DNA from: Spirochaetota bacterium
Lineage (GTDB): Bacteria; Spirochaetota; UBA4802; UBA5550
Assembly (NCBI GenBank): GCA_963664815.2
Contig: CAXXHB010000003.1
Location: 3,988,513 to 4,052,512, forward strand
Direction: 5' to 3'
DNA: 64,000 nt
This document shows, one piece after another, positions 1 through 9,569 of the stretch. Within the stretch, counting starts at the first letter, position 1. Each line of letters starts with the position of its first letter. The notes beneath the pieces were generated by a model. The model did no database searches, was not told the origin of the DNA, and saw only the letters and a program-made list of their open reading frames with translations. The translations under genes and the position numbers were made by a program.

Positions 1-1727
1 AGGTTTTTTATCCCCCTCTCTTTTGCAATACCGAGAAGGTATTCAAGAAGAAAACCCGATATCCCTCTCCCCTGGTACATTTCATTTACAATAAATGCCA
101 GTTCATATACCTTTTCAGCCTCATAATATGAGTACCTGGCCTCGGCAATAATTTTCTGAATGCTCTCCGTTTCCAGAACGACAACAATGGAAAGTGTTTT
201 ATCATAATCAATATTTACATATCTCTGCATATTTCTATGTGGCATTGAACTTACACGGGAAAAATATCGCAGGTATTTTGCTTCATCGGAAAACTGGTAG
301 AATAGATCGCGCATCATATCTTCATCTGAGGGCTTAATAGGCCTTATCTTTACATCCAGACTATCCCTGAAAACTTTTGCTGTTTCAAGGGATTCCGGAT
401 AGTTTACCGAATTTTCCCTGCTGAAAATCTGGTCCCTGTAGGCATACCCTATCTTTTTCGCCTTTTCCAGGAGATCCTCCCTGTGATCAGGATGGGCAAT
501 TCCTATCATTGCCAGCACTCTCTCCCTTATCGACCGTCCGAAGAGATTTGCAATACCGTACTCGGTTACAACATATCGTGCAATACCAAGAGTTCCACGC
601 GCCATATCCTCTTCATTTTCATGAGTCACAACGATGTTGCTTTTTCCGTCTTTATCAACTGAATTAAGCACAATTATGGATTTCCCGTTTTTGGAAAAGG
701 CAGCCCCTGCAAAAAAATTCAGTTTGCTCTCGTAACCGGAAAGGAGGTTGTCTCCCGAATAAAAAATAATAAGCTCACCTGTTACATCAATCCTCTTCAC
801 ATTCAGGATGCTGATAAGATTACTGATTTTTCGTATGTTAAGCGGATTGGCGAGCTCAGTAATGGGATGAAATTCGAAGATATGGTTGTAGGAAATAAAA
901 TCATAAAGTTTTCTGCTGCCGTAGCAATAGCTTGTTGTAACCTGTCCCCCCTTTACCCTGTCTCTCTCTGCTGATATCGCGCCACATTCAAGAAGATCAA
1001 TTACCCAGTCTGAAACCACATTGGTATATATCCCCAGATCCCTCTTGTTCTTAAGGTTATCAGCAATTGCATCATAAATTCTCCCCACATGCAGGACAAC
1101 CGTTGATCCGTCATCAATCAGATTTGAGACATGAAATCCAATCTTCCCCATAGCCTGATCGTAGGTTTTTTTCTCTCTTTCCGGAATCGGGATGTCGCTT
1201 GTTATTATACAATTAACCTGGTCGGTGTGAATAAAAGTATCGCCGTATGTTACCGGCATTGCGTGATTAACTTCCGCCACAACAAGTTTTGCCTGTTTGA
1301 TTACTATTTTTGCAATATCGGAAGATATTCCAAGACTCATAAATCCCTTGCTATCCGGCGGTGAAACTGTTACCACAGCCGCGTCAATTCTCTGTGATTT
1401 CCCTGAAAATATAACCGGAATATCCATCAGGTTGGAGGGGATAAAGTCAACCTCCCCGGAATGAATTCTTTTAATAATACTTTCACCTGTACTGAACGTT
1501 TTGAGTCTGTACCTTGTTTTGCTTTTTTCATCCGTATTAAGGAAATCGCCAAGCGTGTTAAGCTGAATAAGCTCCAGATCAAGAATATTAGGATTGACTG
1601 AAGCGGTCAATTCAGATACAAAAAGCCTCGGAATGGAAGCCGCGCTGCTTAAAAATATCTTGCTGCCGGGCCTGATCATCCCTATGACTTTTTTTACTGA
1701 AGTATATTTTTCCGCATCATTTACCAT
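1..1727 (-). CDS. Acetyl-CoA hydrolase/transferase-family domain fused to a C-terminal GNAT acetyltransferase domain (3' end runs off the window)
   Basis: Absent from the ORF track because the stop lies left of position 1. My own minus-strand translation from ATG 1727-1725 is open to position 1 (MVNDAEKYTSVKKVIGMIRPGSKIFLSS...). It contains ARYVVTEYGIANLFGRSIRERVLAMIGIAHPDHREDLLEKAK, the hallmark C-terminal block of the 4-hydroxybutyrate/acetyl-CoA transferase family. This is followed by IRPIKPSDEDMMRDLFYQFSDE...VNEMYQGRGISGFLLEYLLGIAKERG, a GNAT motif-A-like segment. Confidence 0.75.
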   Translation of the reverse strand, partial: MVNDAEKYTSVKKVIGMIRPGSKIFLSSAASIPRLFVSELTASVNPNILDLELIQLNTLGDFLNTDEKSKTRYRLKTFSTGESIIKRIHSGEVDFIPSNLMDIPVIFSGKSQRIDAAVVTVSPPDSKGFMSLGISSDIAKIVIKQAKLVVAEVNHAMPVTYGDTFIHTDQVNCIITSDIPIPEREKKTYDQAMGKIGFHVSNLIDDGSTVVLHVGRIYDAIADNLKNKRDLGIYTNVVSDWVIDLLECGAISAERDRVKGGQVTTSYCYGSRKLYDFISYNHIFEFHPITELANPLNIRKISNLISILNVKRIDVTGELIIFYSGDNLLSGYESKLNFFAGAAFSKNGKSIIVLNSVDKDGKSNIVVTHENEEDMARGTLGIARYVVTEYGIANLFGRSIRERVLAMIGIAHPDHREDLLEKAKKIGYAYRDQIFSRENSVNYPESLETAKVFRDSLDVKIRPIKPSDEDMMRDLFYQFSDEAKYLRYFSRVSSMPHRNMQRYVNIDYDKTLSIVVVLETESIQKIIAEARYSYYEAEKVYELAFIVNEMYQGRGISGFLLEYLLGIAKERGIKN

Positions 1728-1739
1728 TTACGCCTGCCG

Positions 1740-3428
1740 CTATTTTCTCCTGGCCTCCTCTTCCTTTTTAAGCTCCTTCTTCAGAATCTTTCCTACAGTG
1801 CTTTCAGGGAGCGATGACCTGATTTCAATAAGCGAAGGCCACTTATATTTTGCAAGCTTTTCACGGCAATAGTTCATAACTTCTTCCGGATCTAAAGTCA
1901 TTCCCTCATTGGGTACAACGAATATTTTTATCTGCTCCCCCCGTTTTTCATCGGGAAGACCAATCGCTGCGGCTTTCTGAATTCCGGGATGTTCATATAA
2001 CACCTCCTCAATCTCTCTCGGGTATACATTATATCCGCCTGATATTATAAGATCCTTCTTCCTATCAACTATGAAGAAATATCCATCCTTATCCATATAT
2101 GCAATATCACCCGAATAGAGCCAGCCGTTACGTATGGCCTGCGCGGTTTCCTCCGGTTTATTCAGGTAACCCCTGGTAACCTGCGGTCCTCTGAACAGCA
2201 TCTCTCCCTCTTCCCCGGCCGGCATGGATTTCTCCCCCGTGGCCAGATCGACAATTTTAACATCAGTATCAGGATACGGAAGCCCTATACTCCCCGCCTT
2301 GTGGAGCCCCCCAAAGGGATTAAGGTGAGTCTGCGGCGAAGTCTCTGTCATTCCGAAACCTTCATTAATATCCGCACCGGTAAGCTCCTTGAACTTCTTC
2401 AACACTTCAACAGGCAGTGATGAACCGCCGGAGGAGAGCACCTTGTAGCAGCTCATATCGGTTTTTTTAAGGTCGGGATGCTGAAGCATTCCGACATACA
2501 TGGTGGGTACCATTGAGCACACAGTAGGCCTGTATTTTCGTGTTGCAGCAAGAAGATCAGGCGGCTGGGGTTTGGGTATCATTACTGCAGTCCATCCCAT
2601 TATTACCGGAAGATTCATCGCTGCACTCATTCCAAGAACATGAAATATCGGCGCTGCGGAAATAAGAACCTCGTCACCGGGTTTCAGATTGGGAAACCAT
2701 GCAACGTACATCTGAACCATGCTGCAAAGGTTTCTGTGAGAGAGGATAGCTCCCTTAGACTGCCCTGTAGTACCGCCGGTATACTGATAGACCGCCACAT
2801 CATCAAATGAAACTCCGACCTTCGGGACAGTGCCGGATTTTTTTATAGCCTCATTCCACGAAAAAACATTTTCAGCAACAGTAACATCTGCCGCCATCCC
2901 TTTCTTTTTTGCTACAAGTTTAAACAGCACCTTCTTTACGGCCGGAAGATAATCCCCTATTGAAGTATATACTATTTCTTTTATCTTTGTATCTTTTCTC
3001 AGCGCTATCATCCTGTTCGCAAGAAGATCAAGTGTAACCAGCATCTTCGCACCGGAGTCGTTAAACTGGTATGAAAGTTCCCGGTCAGTATAAAGCGGAT
3101 TGTTCATCTGAGCAATGGCGCCCAGCTTCAAAACGGCATAGTACGCAGCCACTGTCTGTATCATATTAGGGAGCAATATGGCAACAACGTCTCCTTTTTT
3201 TATACCTTTTGATGAAAAAAAGAACGCCAGTCTGTCAACCATGTTAGCCAGTTCAACATATTTAATCCGGAATCCCTGGAATATCAGTGCATCCCGGTTT
3301 CCGTATCTTGAAACTGTCCTGTCGAGAACATCGTGCAGACATATCTCCTCATAGTCGATACTTGCAGGTATTCCTTCAGGATAGAATTTAAGCCATGGTT
3401 TTTCCGAATAAATGTCTTTCTCCTCCAT
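1740..3428 (-). CDS. fadD: Long-chain fatty acid-CoA ligase (AMP-forming acyl-CoA synthetase)
   Basis: AMP-binding motifs are present: YTGGTTGQSKGA, GFGMTE, YSGDIAYMDKDGYFFIVDRKKDLI and C-terminal LPESTVGKILKKEL (A10 lysine). I prefer the start at MEEKDIYSEKPWLKFYPEGIP (ATG 3428), which has a GGGGGA RBS 5 nt upstream. The track's longer start at 3536 adds a non-homologous leader. Confidence 0.9.
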   Translation of the reverse strand: MEEKDIYSEKPWLKFYPEGIPASIDYEEICLHDVLDRTVSRYGNRDALIFQGFRIKYVELANMVDRLAFFFSSKGIKKGDVVAILLPNMIQTVAAYYAVLKLGAIAQMNNPLYTDRELSYQFNDSGAKMLVTLDLLANRMIALRKDTKIKEIVYTSIGDYLPAVKKVLFKLVAKKKGMAADVTVAENVFSWNEAIKKSGTVPKVGVSFDDVAVYQYTGGTTGQSKGAILSHRNLCSMVQMYVAWFPNLKPGDEVLISAAPIFHVLGMSAAMNLPVIMGWTAVMIPKPQPPDLLAATRKYRPTVCSMVPTMYVGMLQHPDLKKTDMSCYKVLSSGGSSLPVEVLKKFKELTGADINEGFGMTETSPQTHLNPFGGLHKAGSIGLPYPDTDVKIVDLATGEKSMPAGEEGEMLFRGPQVTRGYLNKPEETAQAIRNGWLYSGDIAYMDKDGYFFIVDRKKDLIISGGYNVYPREIEEVLYEHPGIQKAAAIGLPDEKRGEQIKIFVVPNEGMTLDPEEVMNYCREKLAKYKWPSLIEIRSSLPESTVGKILKKELKKEEEARRK

Positions 3429-3855
3429 ATTTCCCCCTTTATTATTTAACACATGCGGTAAACAGCGGTTTAATTGTTCCGGAAACACTCTCCGGAGAAA
3501 CATCAGACAGGGGAGAACAATCACCTGCCTCAGCATCTGTTATAAATTAAATTACTTTAAGACAGAACTTTTACGAAAGTCAAATTATTTATATATATTA
3601 TTAATATAAATAAGATTATCTATGTAATATCATATTCAGTCTTTAATAATTATTACTATTTATTACCAATAATACGCTCATACATCATTTTTCTTAGATA
3701 TAACCACATATTATTAGTGTAATTATCATTCCTCAATATACATTCAACACCTGCGTAAATAATAAATTTTTACTTGCACCGGTTATTACAGACAGCAATA
3801 CTGCCGGCAATATCATGCCAGGTTTTTTTCGAATGGAATAATTTGCCGCACTGAC

Positions 3856-4848
3856 ATGTTATCCGGCAGCATAGTGCAGCATGATAAAAATTTAAGGGTC
3901 AGAAATCAGCGGTTAAGCCAAATGACAGATTATAAGAATGAGAATAAAATTACAGCAGGTCATCCCTTTGGACTGTTTAATATCGAACTGACAAACCGCT
4001 GCCCGATGAAATGCATCATGTGTCCGAGAACTCAGCATATGACACGTGATCAGGGATTTATGGACATGGGACTTTTTAAAAAAGTAATTGATGAACTTGC
4101 GGCGGTTAACCCGTCATTCCATAATAACCGTGTAGTATGGCTGCACCATTTCGGCGAGAGTCTTCTTCATCCGCAATTTGATGCCTTCATCCATTACGCC
4201 TCAGATAAAGGCATACGCACGGGACTTTCTGTAAACCCGATGATGCTTGAAGAGAAAACGACTGAACGGCTTATCTCCTCCGGCCTCCACATCCTCTACC
4301 TTTCGCTTGACGGTCATGATGACGAATCCTTTTTAAAAATCCGCGGATTAAAGAATATGTACGACTCCTCCCGTAAAAAGCTTTTAGAATTTCTTTCTTT
4401 CAAAAAGGAAAATCCGTGCGAAATGAAGATTATTCTTTCAATGATAGACTTCTCACTTAACAGCGAAAGCATAACTGCTGTTAAAAACGAATGGGAATCG
4501 CTCGACGGGATAGACTCCTTCCTGATGAAAAATTTCACCACATGGGATGGCGCAGTAAAGGATATATGTGACCTCGCCCCCGAAACATCCGCCGGTGATA
4601 CACTCAATTACTCAGAAACGACCTGCATGTTCCCATGGGAAAACATGACAGTAACATGGGACGGTGATGTAGTGCCGTGCTGTTTTGATTACAATAAAAA
4701 ACTTGTTCTTGGCAGCGTACTGGAGCATTCCCTGGCTTACATATGGAACGACATACCGATGCGTAAACTGCGGCAGGAATTTATCAGCAATAACATAACC
4801 AACCCGCTCTGCATAAACTGCGGGAAACTCCGTGAATACGGCAGATGA
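3856..4848 (+). CDS. Radical SAM / SPASM-domain protein
   Basis: CPMKCIMCP is a CX3CX2C radical-SAM cluster motif after NIELTNR. A C-terminal Cys-rich SPASM-like block follows (CMFPWENMTVTWDGDVVPCCFD...CINCG). The start is uncertain: 3856, or ATG 3922 (MTDYKNEN). Confidence 0.85.
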   Translation: MLSGSIVQHDKNLRVRNQRLSQMTDYKNENKITAGHPFGLFNIELTNRCPMKCIMCPRTQHMTRDQGFMDMGLFKKVIDELAAVNPSFHNNRVVWLHHFGESLLHPQFDAFIHYASDKGIRTGLSVNPMMLEEKTTERLISSGLHILYLSLDGHDDESFLKIRGLKNMYDSSRKKLLEFLSFKKENPCEMKIILSMIDFSLNSESITAVKNEWESLDGIDSFLMKNFTTWDGAVKDICDLAPETSAGDTLNYSETTCMFPWENMTVTWDGDVVPCCFDYNKKLVLGSVLEHSLAYIWNDIPMRKLRQEFISNNITNPLCINCGKLREYGR

Positions 4849-5077
4849 GGTCAGTTAGCGCAACAGGAAAGCAGCAATACAGCATTGAACCCAGAGTTTA
4901 ATAGCCTTGAAATCCCCTGGCCTGTCGGCCATACCCCTTGATAAAGTTGGTTTTTAAAACATAAAAAATTTTTAAAAATTCTGCTTGCCCCATGTCATTT
5001 GCTTTTCCGGACTGGTTATATAGAGGCATAAGCCTTAATATAACAATAAAAAAATAATAAATAAAGAGCGTAAATCT

Positions 5078-5617
5078 ATGGCAAAAGTAAAGCTTCATCC
5101 CTATTTAAGAACTGCCCATGGAGGCCTGGATGGTCTTGTGCTTTACAGGCGATATGGAAAGATCTACATTAAAAAACGCACAATACCCAGAAATCCCCGC
5201 ACAGAGCCACAGGTTAAATGCAGGGGTAATTTCGGCAGCAGTGTTAAAGCGTGGCAGAACCTTCCGGAAGAGGAGAAGGCTATTTACAGAGTGAGGGCAA
5301 AGAGGAAGAAAAAAGCAGGGTACAACCTCTTTATGTCTGAATACCTTCGCGGAATTGCACCAGGTTCACCTGTATCTCCATCGGGAAGCAGTGTAACAGA
5401 AGATGCAGTGGTTGCATCAGCTCCCTCTGACATTACTTATTATACAATCTCATGTCCTGAAAACAACAAAACAGGATATAAAAAAGACGATACAAATACA
5501 GTAAAAGAGGGAGGCTTATCTGCCAAAACGGTGCTTCAGCAGTATGAAGACCCTGTTAAAAACCGTTTCAATACCGTTTCAACTCCGTTACTGACAGAAA
5601 AAAGCACGCATTTATAA
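5078..5617 (+). CDS. Hypothetical protein with a basic N-terminal domain and a low-complexity C-terminal half
   Basis: 179-aa ORF. The N-terminal 95 aa are Lys/Arg-rich (YRRYGKIYIKKRTIPRNPRTEPQ...KAWQNLPEEEKAIYRVRAKRKKKAGYNLFMSEYL). I recognise no catalytic motif. It lies downstream of the radical SAM gene on the same strand. Confidence 0.5.
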   Translation: MAKVKLHPYLRTAHGGLDGLVLYRRYGKIYIKKRTIPRNPRTEPQVKCRGNFGSSVKAWQNLPEEEKAIYRVRAKRKKKAGYNLFMSEYLRGIAPGSPVSPSGSSVTEDAVVASAPSDITYYTISCPENNKTGYKKDDTNTVKEGGLSAKTVLQQYEDPVKNRFNTVSTPLLTEKSTHL

Positions 5618-5987
5618 CTGTCGGTAAGGTGTTTGAGGCGTAATTGAAGCGAAATTGAATACTCTGTAAACAGATTGTGATATTTGTCATAAATCTGTCT
5701 AAGTATAACATCCGAACTACTTGATGCACGATGCAGGAATCTTCGTGGGCAGGAAGAGTATTGCACAGCCAGGAATCAGGATGAGTTTATGCATGATGAT
5801 ACTGTGCATAAATCTTTCGCAGGTTCGCAACGCGTTACGAAACCACAGAGGATTATGGTGTGCGACGTGCATAATGGAACAGATTGAATCCGATTCTGTA
5901 ATCGTGTTCAGATATTTTCTTCATTTATCGGGAATAAATTCACACAGGGAATAAATACATCCATGCTTTTCGCAGGTAGGTTTATAG

Positions 5988-6383
5988 CTATAAAATCTGC
6001 GAATATAAATCACATAACATGTACGTTGATAAAACAGCCAGTATACTCAAAGATTTAATCCTCAGGAGCATCTCCTCCCCCCTTTTCCGTGCATAATCTG
6101 TTACATCATCATAGTAACTTCTGAACTCATCAACAAAAGCCTTTCCGAAGTCCGTCAGCTTAAATCCCTCTTTATTATTTTCTTTATAAATGAGTGGCTT
6201 TCCGATTACCTCTTCAGTCTTTTTTATTTTACCCCATGCGCCCCTGTAAGAGATACCCATTTTTTCAGAAGCAAGCTTCAGTGAACCGAGTTCATCGATG
6301 AGCATCAGAAGTTCATACCTGCCATGTCCAAAATATACAGCTTTGTCCTTTTCAAACCATAGATGTACTTTTACTACAGGCAT
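5988..6383 (-). CDS. Small winged-helix DNA-binding protein, ModE N-terminal-like
   Basis: GSLKLASEKMGISYRGAWGKIKKTEEVIGKPLI resembles the ModE/LysR-type N-terminal HTH (..MSYRRAW...). There is no Mop domain. Confidence 0.55.
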   Translation of the reverse strand: MPVVKVHLWFEKDKAVYFGHGRYELLMLIDELGSLKLASEKMGISYRGAWGKIKKTEEVIGKPLIYKENNKEGFKLTDFGKAFVDEFRSYYDDVTDYARKRGEEMLLRIKSLSILAVLSTYMLCDLYSQIL

Positions 6384-6421
6384 ATTATAAACTCCTTATT
6401 TACGTATTTTATTAACATAAA

Positions 6422-6967
6422 CTATTTACGGCCATAAGATGCTGCAACGAGTATTCCCGCTAAAAATCCGCAGAGATGGCTTTCCCAGGACATGGATGAA
6501 TTTACCGGCAGAACTCCAAAAATCATACCGCAATATAAAAAGAACACGACAAGAGAGATAATCAGCGATTTGATATCTCTTTTAAAAAGACCACGCGTAA
6601 TGAGATATCCCAGAATCCCATAGATAACTCCACTGGCGCCGATATGGACAGAGTTGGATCTTCCGATAAGCCATGTACCTGCGCCACCGAGAATTATCAG
6701 AGTAACAATAATCCAGAATGTTCTTTCATGTTCAAGTGCAATTAAAAATAAACCAAGGATAAAAAGACTCACTGAATTCGCGGCAAGATGAGAAAAATCC
6801 TGATGAAGCAGTGGAGCAAGCAGAATACCGGGAAGACCGGAAACCTCTCGCGGTATAATTCCATACTGATTGATATTAACAAAATAACTCAGTATATGTA
6901 TAATCCATAAGAAAGCAATAATGTAGAGCAGATTTTTAATCGGTTTTATAAATTTTTCCTTTTCCAT
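6422..6967 (-). CDS. Rhomboid-family intramembrane serine protease
   Basis: About six TM segments. The catalytic GASGVIYG (GxSG) and the downstream SHLCGFLAGI histidine helix are present. Confidence 0.85.
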   Translation of the reverse strand: MEKEKFIKPIKNLLYIIAFLWIIHILSYFVNINQYGIIPREVSGLPGILLAPLLHQDFSHLAANSVSLFILGLFLIALEHERTFWIIVTLIILGGAGTWLIGRSNSVHIGASGVIYGILGYLITRGLFKRDIKSLIISLVVFFLYCGMIFGVLPVNSSMSWESHLCGFLAGILVAASYGRK

Positions 6968-7242
6968 GGTGATATAGAAGATATTATTTATACTGCAATG
7001 TCAATTAAATTATCATGATATTAAAGCAAGCCCTCACTGAAATGAGATCAGAGCTTGGCAAATGAAGACTATTCAAGACTTATACAGCTCTATTTCATGG
7101 CCACGAATTTCCGACACGAAGGACAGGCTAAAATTTTATTCATCACAAACTGATATTCATACTATGCCGGATTAAAAAAATGTAGAAAAATTTCCACAGA
7201 AGAATTATTATTGTAATATGATTTACAACTATGGAGGATTCC

Positions 7243-8733
7243 ATGAAGGCATTTACCCGGTTTCTTTTTTCATTACTCCTTATAACAATTCTGCAGATTG
7301 CACTCCAGGCTGAAAATTATAAAATTGTAGTTCTCCCATTTGATAAACTTAACAAAGAAAAAAATGCTGAACTTGAAACTCTGACTGTAGGAATCAGTGA
7401 AACTCTTGCCGGCGCCCTGTCAACCGTTGATAATTTTGTTGTAATTGATTCAAACAGGGTAAAGAGACACCTCCTTGAAAGCGCCGAATTCAAGCAGGCT
7501 ATCGGGGTTGAAACCGGAGACATTGAAAATCTGCGCGAACTGACAAAAGACAAACTTAATGCAGACTTTATAGTTTACGGATCATTCAACAAAATCGGCG
7601 GCAATATTCAGCTCTCCGCCAAATTCATGAATATCTCTTCCGGAGAGGTAATCAAGGGATCAAATGTACACGGGAAATATCCCGATGAAATATTCATCCT
7701 GCAGGAACGGCTGGCAAAGGATCTCACGGACAAGATTTCCGGAAAGTCATCATCACAGCAGAAAAACAGCATCGAGGAATACTCCAATTCTACAAACAAC
7801 TTCACCGCTTACCAGTACTATATTAAGGGGAGAATGGAACAGATTCAGTACGATGTAAAGAACTATCCTCTCGCACTGGAATACTACAACAAGGCGCTCA
7901 AATATGATCCGAATTATGCACTGGCCTGGGCCGGCCTTGCAGAGGTAAACGCCCTCTGGGGTTTTCAGATACAATATGCAAAGGGTAATTCCGCCCCCTA
8001 TCTTAAAACCGCGATAGAACAGGGGAAAAAAGCCGTTGAATTCGCTTCCAACCTTTACCAGACCCACAGGGCTCTAAGCATGGCATACCTGAACAATTCA
8101 GACTTCACCAGCGCACAGAATTCAATCGACCAGGCATACAGGCTTAATACCCAGGATGCGGAGATCATGCAGATAAAAGCACAGCTCAAAAATTACGCAT
8201 ATAAAGAAATGGGAACTGAAGGAACTGAATCAAACAGGTATATAATGGAATCTCTGGCATTGAATCCTGAACTGATAATAGCCAAATGGTCACTGGCCCA
8301 TTCATATTCTACAATCAGTAAAAACGACCTCGCACTGAAAGAGTACATGGAAATCCTGGCTATAAATCCCAGACACGCACCGGCGCTTCATGGCATAGCC
8401 CTGATATACTACGCTATAAAGGATTATGAAAATGCCCAACACTACGCTTTGAAAACTGTTGAAGCTGATCCGATGACCGCACAGCATCATTACACCCTGG
8501 GTCTTTCATATTATCAGCTGAAAAAGTGGGATGTCGCCATTACATCTTTTGAAAAAGCGGTTAAACTAAATCCTGTATATGAAGACGCAATTTACAGTAT
8601 TGCCAACTGTTACTGGTTTCAGAATAAATGGGACAGGGCTTATAAATATTACAATAAAGTGCTGGAGATCAATCCGGGAAACAGTGAAGCGGCAAAATTC
8701 AGAGACGACTCTTACAGTAAGATGAGGAAGTAA
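7243..8733 (+). CDS. Secreted TPR-repeat protein
   Basis: Signal peptide MKAFTRFLFSLLLITILQIALQA. The N-terminal module YKIVVLPFDKLN is followed by many TPR units (ALEYYNKALKYDPNYALAW..., FEKAVKLNPVYEDA..., YYNKVLEINPGNSEA). GGAGGA lies 4 nt upstream of ATG 7243. The track start is 7231. Confidence 0.8.
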   Translation: MKAFTRFLFSLLLITILQIALQAENYKIVVLPFDKLNKEKNAELETLTVGISETLAGALSTVDNFVVIDSNRVKRHLLESAEFKQAIGVETGDIENLRELTKDKLNADFIVYGSFNKIGGNIQLSAKFMNISSGEVIKGSNVHGKYPDEIFILQERLAKDLTDKISGKSSSQQKNSIEEYSNSTNNFTAYQYYIKGRMEQIQYDVKNYPLALEYYNKALKYDPNYALAWAGLAEVNALWGFQIQYAKGNSAPYLKTAIEQGKKAVEFASNLYQTHRALSMAYLNNSDFTSAQNSIDQAYRLNTQDAEIMQIKAQLKNYAYKEMGTEGTESNRYIMESLALNPELIIAKWSLAHSYSTISKNDLALKEYMEILAINPRHAPALHGIALIYYAIKDYENAQHYALKTVEADPMTAQHHYTLGLSYYQLKKWDVAITSFEKAVKLNPVYEDAIYSIANCYWFQNKWDRAYKYYNKVLEINPGNSEAAKFRDDSYSKMRK

Positions 8734-8738
8734 AAGCG

Positions 8739-9569
8739 CTACTTCAGCTCTCCATATTCCTTTTTAAGGGAGCTGAACTTTTCAGCATATATATCATATA
8801 TCTCTGATGTCGTCAGGAATCTTTTTTTACCGTCAAATATCCTGAACTGACGATTTGTCTTTTTCTTTTTCATCAGCAGATATACGGCCTCAAGAATTCC
8901 TGCCGATTTGCAGGAGTATTCAACTATGCTTTTATATGTATAGCTACCATGACCATAACCGGAGAGACCCCTCTTTTCAATCTCTTCAGCGTCCGGCGGA
9001 AATTCACCGGTCGAAATCCTCACCTCTTTAAAAAAATCGAGAAGAAAATAAAACGTCGGCTTCATACCGTTCAGTATCTCTTCAGATACCTGAAAAAATG
9101 TCTCCAGCTTATCAAGCTCCTGTTCACTCCCTTTTAAAAACTGGTCACTTACCTGGTTTACATTACTGAGTTTATTTATAAAAGAAGTATCATCTGAAAA
9201 ATATTTTTTCATAGTTTCAGCGTAGTAATTCATAAGAATAAAATGATTCTGATACGATTTATTCCTGTGTATAAAATTTTTCCACACACTGCCAAGCCAC
9301 TTAAGTACATCCTGTGTAAGGAAAAGGTCGTTTTTAGTTTTTAGATTATAAATGATGTTCGAAAAGAAAAAAAGAATATAATTGCTCCTTGCGGCTTTAA
9401 AATAGTATTCACACTGACTGAGGCTGCCGGGATCATTCATAATACCATCAATACTCTTCAAAGCACCATCCAGTCTTTCAACAGGGCATGGTTCATATCT
9501 CAGGCATTTAAGCAGAATATCTCCAATTTCTTTTAAAGCCTGGTCAACCTTCAGATTTTCATCATGCAT
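8739..9569 (-). CDS. Hypothetical cytoplasmic protein
   Basis: 276-aa ORF with no signal peptide and no recognisable motif. It is divergent from the paralogue array. Confidence 0.5.
   Translation of the reverse strand: MHDENLKVDQALKEIGDILLKCLRYEPCPVERLDGALKSIDGIMNDPGSLSQCEYYFKAARSNYILFFFSNIIYNLKTKNDLFLTQDVLKWLGSVWKNFIHRNKSYQNHFILMNYYAETMKKYFSDDTSFINKLSNVNQVSDQFLKGSEQELDKLETFFQVSEEILNGMKPTFYFLLDFFKEVRISTGEFPPDAEEIEKRGLSGYGHGSYTYKSIVEYSCKSAGILEAVYLLMKKKKTNRQFRIFDGKKRFLTTSEIYDIYAEKFSSLKKEYGELK

Noticed and set aside
3774-3802. Possible promoter TTGCAC-N17-AATACT upstream of the radical SAM gene, and TTGACT at 35166 upstream of the MBL hydrolase
   Set aside because: The -10 elements are weak, and such matches are expected by chance in AT-rich spacers. 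They are too uncertain to report as features.
5078-5617. Thought that the basic 179-aa protein might mark a prophage remnant
   Set aside because: There are no neighbouring phage-like genes (capsid, terminase, integrase). A single basic protein is insufficient evidence.
5721-5954. 77-aa + strand ORF in the convergent gap
   Set aside because: There is no RBS, and the amino-acid composition is implausible (many Cys, Met, Trp, His). I treat it as non-coding and list it under findings as a possible ncRNA or remnant.
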